This document shows positions 9,894 to 19,268 of a stretch of DNA of 64,000 bases, one piece after another. The stretch comes from Candidatus Latescibacterota bacterium (GTDB lineage: Bacteria > Latescibacterota > CBDEFO01). A model generated the notes under the pieces. The model was not told the origin of the DNA. It saw nothing but the letters and a program-made list of their open reading frames with translations, and did not search any database. The position numbers and the translations under genes are program-made. How positions within the stretch are numbered: the stretch's first letter is position 1; the number at the start of each line of letters is the position of its first letter. The stretch lies in the NCBI GenBank assembly GCA_965248755.1, contig OZ252149.1, positions 128,001 to 192,000 of the forward strand, in the 5' to 3' direction.

Positions 9894-10778
9894 ATGGCAT
9901 CGGCTGACGACTTTCTGGCGGATGGCTCAGAACTTGAGGAAGTGGGACGAGGCTTTGGCTTTACTGAAGGGCCTGTGTGGAATTCGGCAGAGGGTGTGCT
10001 CTACTTTTCCGATATTTCCAACAATCGCATTATGCAGCTTTCTGCCGGGGACAACCTGAGCGTCTACCGAGAGCCGAGCCATCGCTCAAATGGCCTAATC
10101 TTCGACTTGGAGGGGAGGCTTACAGCCTGTGAGGGGGACAGTGAAGACGGCGGAAGACGAATCTCGCGGACGGAGAAGGACGGACAGGTGGTTACGCTGG
10201 CGGATCGCTATGAGGGGAAGCGTCTCAACAGCCCCAACGATCTGGTTATCGACAAAGAAGAGCGGATCTGGTTTACCGATCCTCGGTACGGAAGCTACGA
10301 AGGCGTGGTGCAGGATTGCGAGGCCGTATATCGGATAGAACAAGACGGGAGTCTCACCAGAGTCATCGAAAGCCTGTCGCGTCCGAATGGGATCCTCTTC
10401 TCTCTTGACTATAAGACCCTCTACGTGGCGGACAGCCCGCACGATCCGAATAGAAAGCGCGATCTTGTCGCTTTTGAAGTAAACGAGGATCTCACCTTGT
10501 CGGATGGAAAAATCCTGCATAATTTCGGGACCGGTCGAGGTGTAGATGGAATGAAGCTTGACTCAGAAGGGAACATCTGGGCTACAGCGGGAAGGGAGGA
10601 AAAAGCTGGCGTCCACATCTTCTCGCGCCAAGGGGAACTCTTGACGGTTATTAAGACTCCCGCTCCTCCTACCAACTGTTCGTTTGCCGGACCCGACCTT
10701 ACGCTACTTTACATTACTGGCGCAGAATATCTCTGGCGGATCCGGACAAAGATACCGGGGCGGCGTCTTCCGGGGTAA
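9894..10778 (+). CDS. SMP-30/gluconolactonase family protein
   Basis: FTEGPVW, SNGL, LNSPNDL, FTDPRYG, PNGI, DGMKLD, PTNCSF. Confidence 0.93.
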   Translation: MASADDFLADGSELEEVGRGFGFTEGPVWNSAEGVLYFSDISNNRIMQLSAGDNLSVYREPSHRSNGLIFDLEGRLTACEGDSEDGGRRISRTEKDGQVVTLADRYEGKRLNSPNDLVIDKEERIWFTDPRYGSYEGVVQDCEAVYRIEQDGSLTRVIESLSRPNGILFSLDYKTLYVADSPHDPNRKRDLVAFEVNEDLTLSDGKILHNFGTGRGVDGMKLDSEGNIWATAGREEKAGVHIFSRQGELLTVIKTPAPPTNCSFAGPDLTLLYITGAEYLWRIRTKIPGRRLPG

Positions 10779-11031
10779 ACGAAACCTACGTCAACGGATG
10801 GTTGACGGTCGATGTGGAGGATCTCGCCTGTTATGTGGAGAGGCTGAGAGCCTTCGTTGCCGGCATAAGCGTAGCAAAGACGACTGAATACTCGCTCGAT
10901 CACGAACTGCTGGTGCTGGAGACTGTGCCTCGCGCATCGGGGTGTATTGATTAACAGGAACCGTATGCGATCGTTGTCGTTACGATACCCCTATGTTGTC
11001 GTGAGGGAAACAGCTAAACTGGGGTACAAAG

Positions 11032-11774
11032 GTGCCGACTAAACCTTGGATAGAGGGGCCACTAGAACTTTTGAAGCACGGTGTAGAACATCTACAACTC
11101 GGAAGTGACTTTGATGCACGAATAGCAATGATTAGCATAGACAATGCCATTGAACTAATGATCAAAACTTATCTTGGTCTTCCTCGGTGAGTGACTGGTA
11201 TTAAGGGGTTGTCATGACGAAAATACGATGAAATCAGTGAAAGCTTTTCGTCTCTACTTGATGGCTTCGAGGAATTTGCACCTGACAAGATAGTTGGCAT
11301 TGAGCTAGGAGACATCGAGTGGTATCATCGTTTGCGGAATCAACTTTACCACGAGGGAAACGGTATTACTGTCGAAAGTGGAAAGGCTGAGGGATACGCT
11401 GAAATCGCGAAAATTCTATTTTCTAACTTATTCGAAGTTGCTATAGAAACCTTAATCGAAGAAAAGCCACATAGTTTAGCCGGAGAGTTCATCAGTAATT
11501 GGGCAAGATTAGAACAAGAACTTATTCGCCTGAAAGATAAATACGCGATAGATATCCCCGAAAGATCCCCGAAAGATCCCCGATGTTACTGCCTACAGTA
11601 ATTAGATATTTGGAGCAAACAAACATTCTTCCTGAGTTCTTTTTTCGAGAATTCAACTTGATGCGCCAATTCCGAAATGAACTTGTTCATGGATTCGCAA
11701 TTCCCTCAGTGAATGATCTGCAAAGACATATCTGTACTCTAAAGAAATTGTTGAAAACTGTTAATGAACTGTAG
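11032..11774 (+). pseudogene. Putative double HEPN-like domain protein, inactivated
   Basis: IAMISIDNAIE, RNQLYH and RNELVH (RxxxxH) motifs; in-frame TGA at 11188 and 11215; 11-bp duplication (ATCCCCGAAAG, 11554-11575) shifts frame. Confidence 0.65.
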
Positions 11775-11895
11775 ACCGACACTTCGCTTAATATGAGATT
11801 TATGTTTGAGCTTCGTTTTCTCCTTCGGGACATGCCTTACGATGTCAGGAACGTCATGTATCCGAGGAATAATATTTGCTGGAAGGTGATAGATA

Positions 11896-12942
11896 ATGGA
11901 CGAACCTACTTTGATGGATGAGGTGGACCTGAAGGAGGCTAAATGGTGGGAGTACGACCAGAAGGGTAAGATCCTCTGCACACTGTGTCCTCGATACTGT
12001 CACATCGGAGAGGGACAGGTGGGATTCTGCTTTATCCGCAAGAATATCGGCGGTAAATTGTACTCGACCGGATATGGGAAATCCACGGGATTCGCTATCG
12101 ATCCCGTGGAGAAGAAGCCGCTGAATCACTTCCTCCCCGGCACCAGTATACTCAGCTTTGGGACGGCAGGCTGCAACCTGGGATGCAGGTTCTGTCAGAA
12201 TTGGAATATAAGCAAGGCCAGGTTAGATGATAAAAGGAGCTTGGACACCACTCCTTCGGAAGTGGTATCCCTAGCCCTCTCCTACAACTGTCCCAGTATC
12301 GCCTTTACCTACAACGACCCCACAATCTGGGGAGAATACGTCGTTGATATCTCCAGAATCGCTAAAGAGCGGGGACTAAAGAGCGTGATGGTCACGGCCG
12401 GATATATCACAGAGGAGGCCAGGGAGGACGTTTATCAATACATAGACGCTGCCAATGTGGACCTGAAAGCGTTCACTGAGGAGTTCTATCACAAGCTGAC
12501 CTTCTCCCACTTAGACCCCATCCTAGACACCCTCAAGTGGCTCAGACACGAGACGGACGTCTGGTTTGAGATCACCAACCTGATGATACCCGGTGAAAAT
12601 GACGATGTCGATGAGACCAAGAGGATGTGCGGCTGGATTTTAGATAATTTGGGCGACGATGTGCCTTTGCACTTTACGGCGTTCCATCCAGATTTTAAGA
12701 TGATGGACAAACCGCCCACTCCCGCCCGGACGTTGACCAGAGCACGCCAGTTGGCAATAAGCATGGGACTCCAGTATGTCTATGTGGGAAACATCCACGA
12801 CAGAGACGGACAGAGCACCTATTGCCATGGATGTGGGGAAGTACTCATCCGGAGAGATTGGCATACGGTTTTGTTAGACATTGTGGATGACGGCAAATGT
12901 CCCAGATGCAGTTACCAGATCCCGGGCAGCTTTAGAAAATAA
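11896..12942 (+). CDS. amrS: AmmeMemoRadiSam system radical SAM enzyme
   Basis: CTLCPRYC N-terminal motif, DPVEKKPLNHFLPG, CNLGCRFCQN (CxxxCxxC), AFTYNDP, YVYVGNI. Confidence 0.93.
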   Translation: MDEPTLMDEVDLKEAKWWEYDQKGKILCTLCPRYCHIGEGQVGFCFIRKNIGGKLYSTGYGKSTGFAIDPVEKKPLNHFLPGTSILSFGTAGCNLGCRFCQNWNISKARLDDKRSLDTTPSEVVSLALSYNCPSIAFTYNDPTIWGEYVVDISRIAKERGLKSVMVTAGYITEEAREDVYQYIDAANVDLKAFTEEFYHKLTFSHLDPILDTLKWLRHETDVWFEITNLMIPGENDDVDETKRMCGWILDNLGDDVPLHFTAFHPDFKMMDKPPTPARTLTRARQLAISMGLQYVYVGNIHDRDGQSTYCHGCGEVLIRRDWHTVLLDIVDDGKCPRCSYQIPGSFRK

Positions 12943-13144
12943 GTACCAATGAGATCGCTTGCTGATGAAGCCAAAGCCCGGAGCTATACTAAGGGGCATC
13001 CGAGCAATCTTAATAGCGGATGCGGCAGTTGGAGGGGGAATCGCAAATCTTGTGCGGTCTTCAACATAGAGCCTCACTAATCTAGAGAAGGGGCAGAAGG
13101 CGCTAGTTAACCCATTATATCACCCCAAACGAAGGAGGGATACC

Positions 13145-13333
13145 ATGAAGGTCATCGCCCAGATCTTAGTAGTCATATCGGCTTTAGCGCTTGTTATCGG
13201 GGTTATATTTGCTCCGCTAGACAAGGTGTTAATTGCAGGTCCCAGGGGCTATGTAGAGCTTTCGATAGGCTGCGCAATCCTGGCGATAGCGATTGGGAAG
13301 GTGTTCGGGGGCGGCTCTGAAGGAGAATCGTAG
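13145..13333 (+). CDS. Small two-TM membrane protein
   Basis: Strong RBS AAGGAGG; two hydrophobic segments. Confidence 0.7.
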   Translation: MKVIAQILVVISALALVIGVIFAPLDKVLIAGPRGYVELSIGCAILAIAIGKVFGGGSEGES

Positions 13334-13393
13334 ATGCAAGGAGAGGCGTGTTGCAGAAGAATGGCCTCTTGTAGGAAATAACAGTCTATTTTC

Positions 13394-13420
13394 GTAGGGG
13401 CGGGGTAATCCCGCCCCTAC
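13394..13420. repeat. GTAG-type REP hairpin
   Basis: GTAGGGGCGGG-GTAAT-CCCGCCCCTAC perfect inverted repeat. Confidence 0.8.
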
Positions 13421-13468
13421 ATCTGTTTGATTGTACAGCTCAAACGAAATCGCTTTTGTCTTTACAGT

Positions 13469-13558
13469 GAGATTGCTCCGCTGACCATTAGGTCCACACT
13501 GGACTTCTCCGACCCCCAATTGAATCTATTGGGGCTTCAATCGGGGACTAGCAATGAC
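13469..13558. repeat. REP half-element containing nested 21-bp palindromes
   Basis: GAGATTGCT...CTAGCAATGAC interrupted by CTCCGA[CCCCAATTGAATCTATTGGGG]CTTCAATCGGGG. Confidence 0.7.
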
Positions 13559-13569
13559 GTTGTTTCTGG

Positions 13570-14268
13570 TTACCAGTTGGCTCTTGGCGTCCTTAACCTT
13601 CTCCCTCCCCATCTGAGTATAAGAATAACTCCGGCTACGAACCCTCCAATATGAGCGAACCACGCAACACCACTTCCTATCCCTCCCGAAGCAGCGGTGG
13701 CGTTCAAAAGTTGCATAAGGAACCAGATCCCAAGGACTATAAAGGCTGGAATCCGTATTGTATTTATGAAAAAGAAAAAGAAAACAAAGACACGGATTCT
13801 GGCGGAAGGGAAGTTGACGAGGTAAGCGCCTAACACTCCGGCTATGGCTCCGCTTGCTCCTACTAAAGGAATTTCAGAGTTGGGGTTGGAGATTATGTGG
13901 GCAGAAGTTGCCAAGATGCCGCACATCAGATAGAAGAAGATGAATCGAAAGTGTCCCAACGCGTCCTCGATGTTGTCTCCAAATATCCAAAGATAGAGCA
14001 TATTACCGCCTACATGAAGTAGGCCTCCGTGCATGAAAAAAGAGGTAAACGGCGTAAGATAGAGAGGTATCGGGGTATTTGAAATAACGTCCTTCAAATG
14101 TGTGATCTCATAGGGGATAAGCCCCATCTTGAGGATGAAATCATGTTCCTGCTGCACATTGAGAAGGAAAGTCTGGTAGAGGAAGACAGATATGTTGGCA
14201 GCTATAATAGTAAGCGTTATGAAGGGAAATGTCCTTGTGGGGTTATCGTCTTTGTACGGGAGGAGCAT
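13570..14268 (-). CDS. Rhomboid family intramembrane serine protease
   Basis: HGGLLHVGGNMLYLWIFGDNIED, GASGAIAG (catalytic Ser), AHIGGF (catalytic His). Confidence 0.95.
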   Translation of the reverse strand: MLLPYKDDNPTRTFPFITLTIIAANISVFLYQTFLLNVQQEHDFILKMGLIPYEITHLKDVISNTPIPLYLTPFTSFFMHGGLLHVGGNMLYLWIFGDNIEDALGHFRFIFFYLMCGILATSAHIISNPNSEIPLVGASGAIAGVLGAYLVNFPSARIRVFVFFFFFINTIRIPAFIVLGIWFLMQLLNATAASGGIGSGVAWFAHIGGFVAGVILILRWGGRRLRTPRANW

Positions 14269-14275
14269 ATTCTAC

Positions 14276-16594
14276 TTACCTTGTCTTAAAGCGACTTCGG
14301 GCGTAAGCTTTATTGCCCGAAATATCGCTTACCCAAAGTTCCAGGGTGTGTTCTCCCGAAGACAGGGAATCTTCAACTCTGTAGAAGACGGATTCTTCGG
14401 GCGGATCGTACTGGCATATGACAAGAGAACCGTCAAGCCGCATTTCTATGTCCTGTTCTCTTTTTATTCCCGATCCTTTGTCCTGAATTCTCACGCGCAG
14501 TTGGGGATTTAAGTCTTTTATGACGGCTCCATCTCGGGGATAGACTATGTGTATATCTGGAGGGATCTGATCTGAAAGGAGGACATATTTGGAAAAGTGA
14601 GAAATATCGGCTGAGACGGTCCTTGCATCGGTATTCAGGTTGTTGTCTATGAACTTCCATCCCCACTCCGTGTCCGCGAAATAGACTCCTAACGTTTCAG
14701 GATTGGGGAAATCCTCTGGATAGGACAAAGAGATCCTGGCCTTTCCGTCGAAGGGCACGTCATAAGGCTCAAAAGCATAGCCGGTCCCGATTAACTGGAG
14801 ACCCCCGGGCACCTCAGGGTCGACCCCCGATTTAATCGGGGGCGATTTCGTGTCAAATAAACCCACGCGGGGATAGAGGACATCATACACGCTTCCGGGA
14901 TCGAAAACTACTACGGCTTTTCCGTCGTAGGATTCTATTTTACCTCCTGTGTGTCTGCCGATGTATGCGTAGGATATGACCGTCCTGTAGCTCCCCTTTT
15001 CGCCGCTAAGAGAAGTTCCTTCGATGCAAACGGTGTTTATGCCTTCGTGTCCGATCTGGAAGGGAATTACCGCCTCGTAGGTTCTAATGTCCCTTTGCCG
15101 TACACGAAGTCTCTTGGCCTTTGAAAGTAGGGTCACAGAGGGAAGGCCAGATAGTATATCGCTTGAGACAATCCGGAGCTCTATAAAATCGGGGTATCCT
15201 ATTTGGTCGCAGCTAAAGAGTGGTGGCCAGCCCATCCTTATGTCCTCTGGAGGCAAGACGCAGAAGACGGGTTCAGAACCGATTCCGTGTGCATCTAAAA
15301 CGGATATTTTGAGGATAACTGGACTTTTTCTCTTTATCTTCAGGGAGTCCGAAACTTGGTAGGTTTTTCCGCTTAGGGCATTGCGGAGGAGGGATTCCCA
15401 GTTTTCTCCTCTGTCGTAAGATGTCTCGACCATAAGCTCTGAAAGTTCGCTGTCCCTGTCGGATATTTGCAACGACAGGTGGACATAGTCTTTCCTGTCT
15501 GTAACTCTCTTCACTTCCACACTGTCTATCTGAGGCTTTTCGCCGACAATGACTCGGAAGCGAGCGTAGGATGTGTTGTCATAGACGTCAAAGACCTTTA
15601 CAGTAATATGATGGATCCCCGCAAGGAGCGATTCAGATTTTAACAGGCCGTCTCCAGTTTTATGATCTTTATAGAAGGGAAGATCGTTTCCGGGGGCTAC
15701 GAAGAGGTTCTGGAAATGACCTAATCCCTTTCGATTGAGGCCAAAATCAGAATTAAGTTCAATCTTGTGTGCCTTCTCGTATGAGAAGGTGTTGTACTCA
15801 GATCTAAATAGAAGGCTGTCGTCGAGGTACAGTTCGTATCGATAGGGGGACAGCTTATTTCGTGCGATATCCGCAATATCGTAGGAGGAGATTCCCAGGC
15901 CAACTGTCCCCTCTATGTGGGGAATTTCATCGTTGATAAAGCTCTTCTTCTGTTTGTCCTTGTGGAGATTGAGTATATAGGGAGTATGCGAGCTGTTGAC
16001 GTAGGAATCAGGCCCAATGGGCGACAGACTGATCTTGACGAGAACAGGCGGTTTGGAGTCTTTGACGCTTAGAAAATGATCGGCCAAGGGGTTGATGGGG
16101 CGATTGTCCGGGTCTCTGAGTTCAAAGTGGAGGTGTGGGTGTTTGGTCGCGCTCCTGCCCGACGAGCCGATTATCTGTCCTCTGGCGACTGGAAATTCTC
16201 CTTCCTCCGGATAGAAATCTATAGTATACCAGCCGTTTTCCCTCTACTTGGCTTTGACAACCTTTTCTATTTCTGGGGCGAATTTAGAAAGGTGCGCGTA
16301 GATGGCCAAGTTTCCGTCTTCGAGCTTTAGATAGACGGCTCTTCCGTATCCCCAGGGAGATGTCCTGATCCTGTATATGTAGCCCGATTCTGCGGCGTGC
16401 ACAGGGATACCAGTTCTACCCCAGGTCTTAAGGTCAACTCCGGCGTGGAAGTGTCCCTCTCTGTATTCACAGAAAGTGGAAGTGAGGCCGTGCTCTATGT
16501 CCATCGGCCACCGGTATCTGTCCTGGGCTTTTGAAAAGGAAGCCGAAAAGATTAGAATTGTGCATAACAGAGCTGCTAGGGTTCGTTTAAGCAT
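14276..16594 (-). CDS. Secreted M23 family metallopeptidase with Ig-like C-terminal domains; one in-frame TAG at 16244-16246
   Basis: Signal peptide, HFHAGVDLK, YGRAV, YAHL and HPHLHFE motifs; ORFs 16594-16244 and 16087-14276 are in the same frame, separated only by the TAG. Confidence 0.85.
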
Positions 16595-16743
16595 GGGTCA
16601 TTTCAAGTAAGCAGTACACAGTAGCCCCCGATAGTCCCCGATAGGTTCAATCGGGGATAGACTCAAGCAGGGTGGATAGGTCACGTCCTCCTACTCTCCG
16701 TTCTTTGTATGTGAAAAGTCCAGCCAGAGGACATAGAGTGTTT

Positions 16744-16772
16744 ATAATAACCATTTCTACGACTTCCGTCAA
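16744..16772 (-). promoter_or_regulatory. Sigma70-type promoter for the M23-rhomboid unit
   Basis: Minus strand TTGACG-17 bp-TATTAT. Confidence 0.5.
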
Positions 16773-17078
16773 GGATTTCTTTAACCAGAGTTTCTGATCG
16801 GAGAAGCCGCAATTGCTATGAATTTATCACACCCAACCTGTAGAAATCCTTCGAGAATCCTACGGGGTTTCAGCCCTTTAAATGACAGAGAGCCGGAGTC
16901 AAGGCAAGGTCATTGCTAGTCCCGCGGCCGCTTTGCTGGAGTGGAAGCAAGCTACGAAGTTGGAGAAGCAATCTCAACGCTGAGGCATCCCCGGCCTCAG
17001 TGTGACGTTCATTCAGTAGGTACCGCCAGAGTCAGAACTGCATGACCCTGAATAGATCTGCAGATGAACAAGTTTCTA

Positions 17079-17107
17079 TTGACTTCATGGTTTGCATCGG
17101 TTATTAT
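17079..17107 (+). promoter_or_regulatory. Sigma70-type promoter for the ABC substrate-binding protein
   Basis: TTGACT-17 bp-TATTAT. Confidence 0.55.
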
Positions 17108-17159
17108 TGCACGATGAAACGGCGATCATGAAACCTTGGAATAGAAAAAGAGGTAAAAG

Positions 17160-18785
17160 ATGTTTTGCACTCGTAAATGGTGTTTTTGGGTATTAGCTAT
17201 TTTGATTTCAACCGGTTGTTCAGGGGATAAAACTTATACTCCCAAAAGTTTCCGCTACAGGTTGGGCACAGACCCGCCTACTCTGGACCCTGCTTATTCG
17301 ACAGATACTTCCTCTGCGGCAATTGTGCTGCATATATACGACGGTCTGGTTCGGTTCGACCCGGAGACGATGGACGTGATCCCGGCTGTTGCAGAAAGCT
17401 GGGAGATTTCTGAGGACGGTTTAGATTATGTGTTTCATCTGAAAAGAGGTGTGAAGTTCCACAACAAAAGGGAGGTCAAAGCCGAGGATTTCAAGTATTC
17501 GTTTGAAAGAGTGCTCTCGCCAAAAACGGGGTCGCCGAGGACATGGGTGTTAGAGCCGATATTGGGGTCACTAGAGTTTATGGAGGGCAACGCAGATAAC
17601 CTGTACGGCGTTAATGTCATTGACGATTATACCCTTAAGATAAGGCTCGAAAAGCCGTTTGCGCCTTTTTTAGCTCAACTGTGTATGGAGGCAGCCAGCG
17701 CTGTGCCAGTGGAAGAAGTAGAGCGCTGGGGTGAGGATTTCACGTCGCATCCGGTAGGTTGCGGACCCTACAGATTTGTGGAATGGAATCACGACATAAA
17801 CGTAAAATTAGAGGCTTTTGACGAGTACTATGACAGAGTTCCGCAATTAAAGAGCGTCGAGTATGTTGTTGTCCCTGACGTGAGTGTGGCGTACCAGAAG
17901 TACCTTGCAGGAGAATTGGATCTGCTAAATGAGATTCCGCCGGGGCAGTTGAAGGCGACAGTGGATCGGTATCCAGATGAGGTCAAGGTCTGGCCCGTGC
18001 TAACCATTTACTATTTAGGGTTCAATCACTCCAAGCCACCCTTCAAGGATAATCTCAAGTTGAGACAGGCTATTTGCTATGCGATAGACAGAGAAAGTAT
18101 CTGTCAGGTTATCCAGGAGGGAGCGGCTACTCCAGCCAAAGGAATACTCCCGCCGGGGATTCCGGGCCACGATCCGACGATAGAAGGATACGAGTTCGAT
18201 CTCGACAGGGCAGAATCACTCCTTGAGGAGGCGGGTTATCCACAAGGGATGGGACTGCCACCGATCACACTGTGGTACAATACGAACGAACACCACGAAA
18301 GGGTAGCTCAGTTCGTACAGTCGAATCTGAAGAAGATAGGTGTTGAGGTGAAACTCAAAAGTCTGGATTGGGCCGCGTATCTACAGGCGTGCGAGAACAA
18401 CGAGCCGGAATTCTACAGGCTGGGTTGGGTAGCTGATTATCCCGATGCGGACAATTTTCTCTATATACTGCTTCATTCAAGCCAGACAGGAGCATCTGGC
18501 AATTACTCCCGTTACAGCAATCCCCATTTCGACAGACTCGTGGAAGACGCAAGGGTTACGTCCGATCCCCAAAAGCGAATAAGTCTGTATACGGAGGCCG
18601 ATCGTCTGGCCACAAGAGACGCCGCTTGGGCTGTGATCTACTATCAGTCGGAGCAGATGATGATCAAGCCAAAATGGAAGGGACTCGTTCTACCTGCGCA
18701 GGGGGATTTTGTGATTCCTCTGGGTGACCTTTATCATGAGCCTTCGGTCGTATCTTCCTCTCTGGAACTTTCCCCTTCAAGATGA
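17160..18785 (+). CDS. Peptide/nickel ABC transporter substrate-binding lipoprotein (family 5, OppA/DppA-like)
   Basis: Lipobox STGC, DPPTLDPA, IYDGLV, AESWEISEDG, GVKFHN, PVGCGPY, WVADYPD. Confidence 0.93.
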   Translation: MFCTRKWCFWVLAILISTGCSGDKTYTPKSFRYRLGTDPPTLDPAYSTDTSSAAIVLHIYDGLVRFDPETMDVIPAVAESWEISEDGLDYVFHLKRGVKFHNKREVKAEDFKYSFERVLSPKTGSPRTWVLEPILGSLEFMEGNADNLYGVNVIDDYTLKIRLEKPFAPFLAQLCMEAASAVPVEEVERWGEDFTSHPVGCGPYRFVEWNHDINVKLEAFDEYYDRVPQLKSVEYVVVPDVSVAYQKYLAGELDLLNEIPPGQLKATVDRYPDEVKVWPVLTIYYLGFNHSKPPFKDNLKLRQAICYAIDRESICQVIQEGAATPAKGILPPGIPGHDPTIEGYEFDLDRAESLLEEAGYPQGMGLPPITLWYNTNEHHERVAQFVQSNLKKIGVEVKLKSLDWAAYLQACENNEPEFYRLGWVADYPDADNFLYILLHSSQTGASGNYSRYSNPHFDRLVEDARVTSDPQKRISLYTEADRLATRDAAWAVIYYQSEQMMIKPKWKGLVLPAQGDFVIPLGDLYHEPSVVSSSLELSPSR

Positions 18786-19084
18786 GCAATCCTGTTTTTT
18801 AGTATCTCAAGTTCCCCCCTAAGGGCCTTGATCTCCCCCGCTTTCTCCTCTCCGCCACCCCTTATGCTCGATGAGACCCTCTCTGCAGTTCTGCCGATGG
18901 TCTCTTTGAGTTCTTGTGCCTCTTTGACCATCTTATCCGTCATATCTACAACGAACTTCGCCTTTTCTCCCTCTGCCATCTCTCCTCTTTTGATGAGCTC
19001 ATCGGCTACGGATTCGATCTTCTCTCTCACAATGTTGATAGCCCCTACTCCGGCGAGCATGGCTTTTTTTACCAGGTCCAGCAT
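18734..19084 (-). CDS. Phasin/PHA-granule-associated family protein
   Basis: MLDLVKKAMLAGVGA...ELIKRGEM...coiled coil; RBS GGAGG. Confidence 0.75.
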   Translation of the reverse strand: MLDLVKKAMLAGVGAINIVREKIESVADELIKRGEMAEGEKAKFVVDMTDKMVKEAQELKETIGRTAERVSSSIRGGGEEKAGEIKALRGELEILKNRIAHLEGESSREEDTTEGS

Positions 19085-19268
19085 GATAACAACACCTCCT
19101 CAGACAAGTAGACAGTAGGTAGCAGACGGGACATCCTTCCCTCCCTGTTTGCTGTCTATCGCGATTGAATCTATCCCCGATTGAACCTATCGGAGATCGG
19201 GGCTGCTTGCGTAGTCGTCTACCTACGAATATATATACATACTTTTGAATATGTCAATGGAAAAGAAT

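Noticed and set aside
11896..12942. Complete AmmeMemoRadiSam system
   Set aside because: Only amrS is present; amrA and amrB are not in the window, and dispersed arrangements are common
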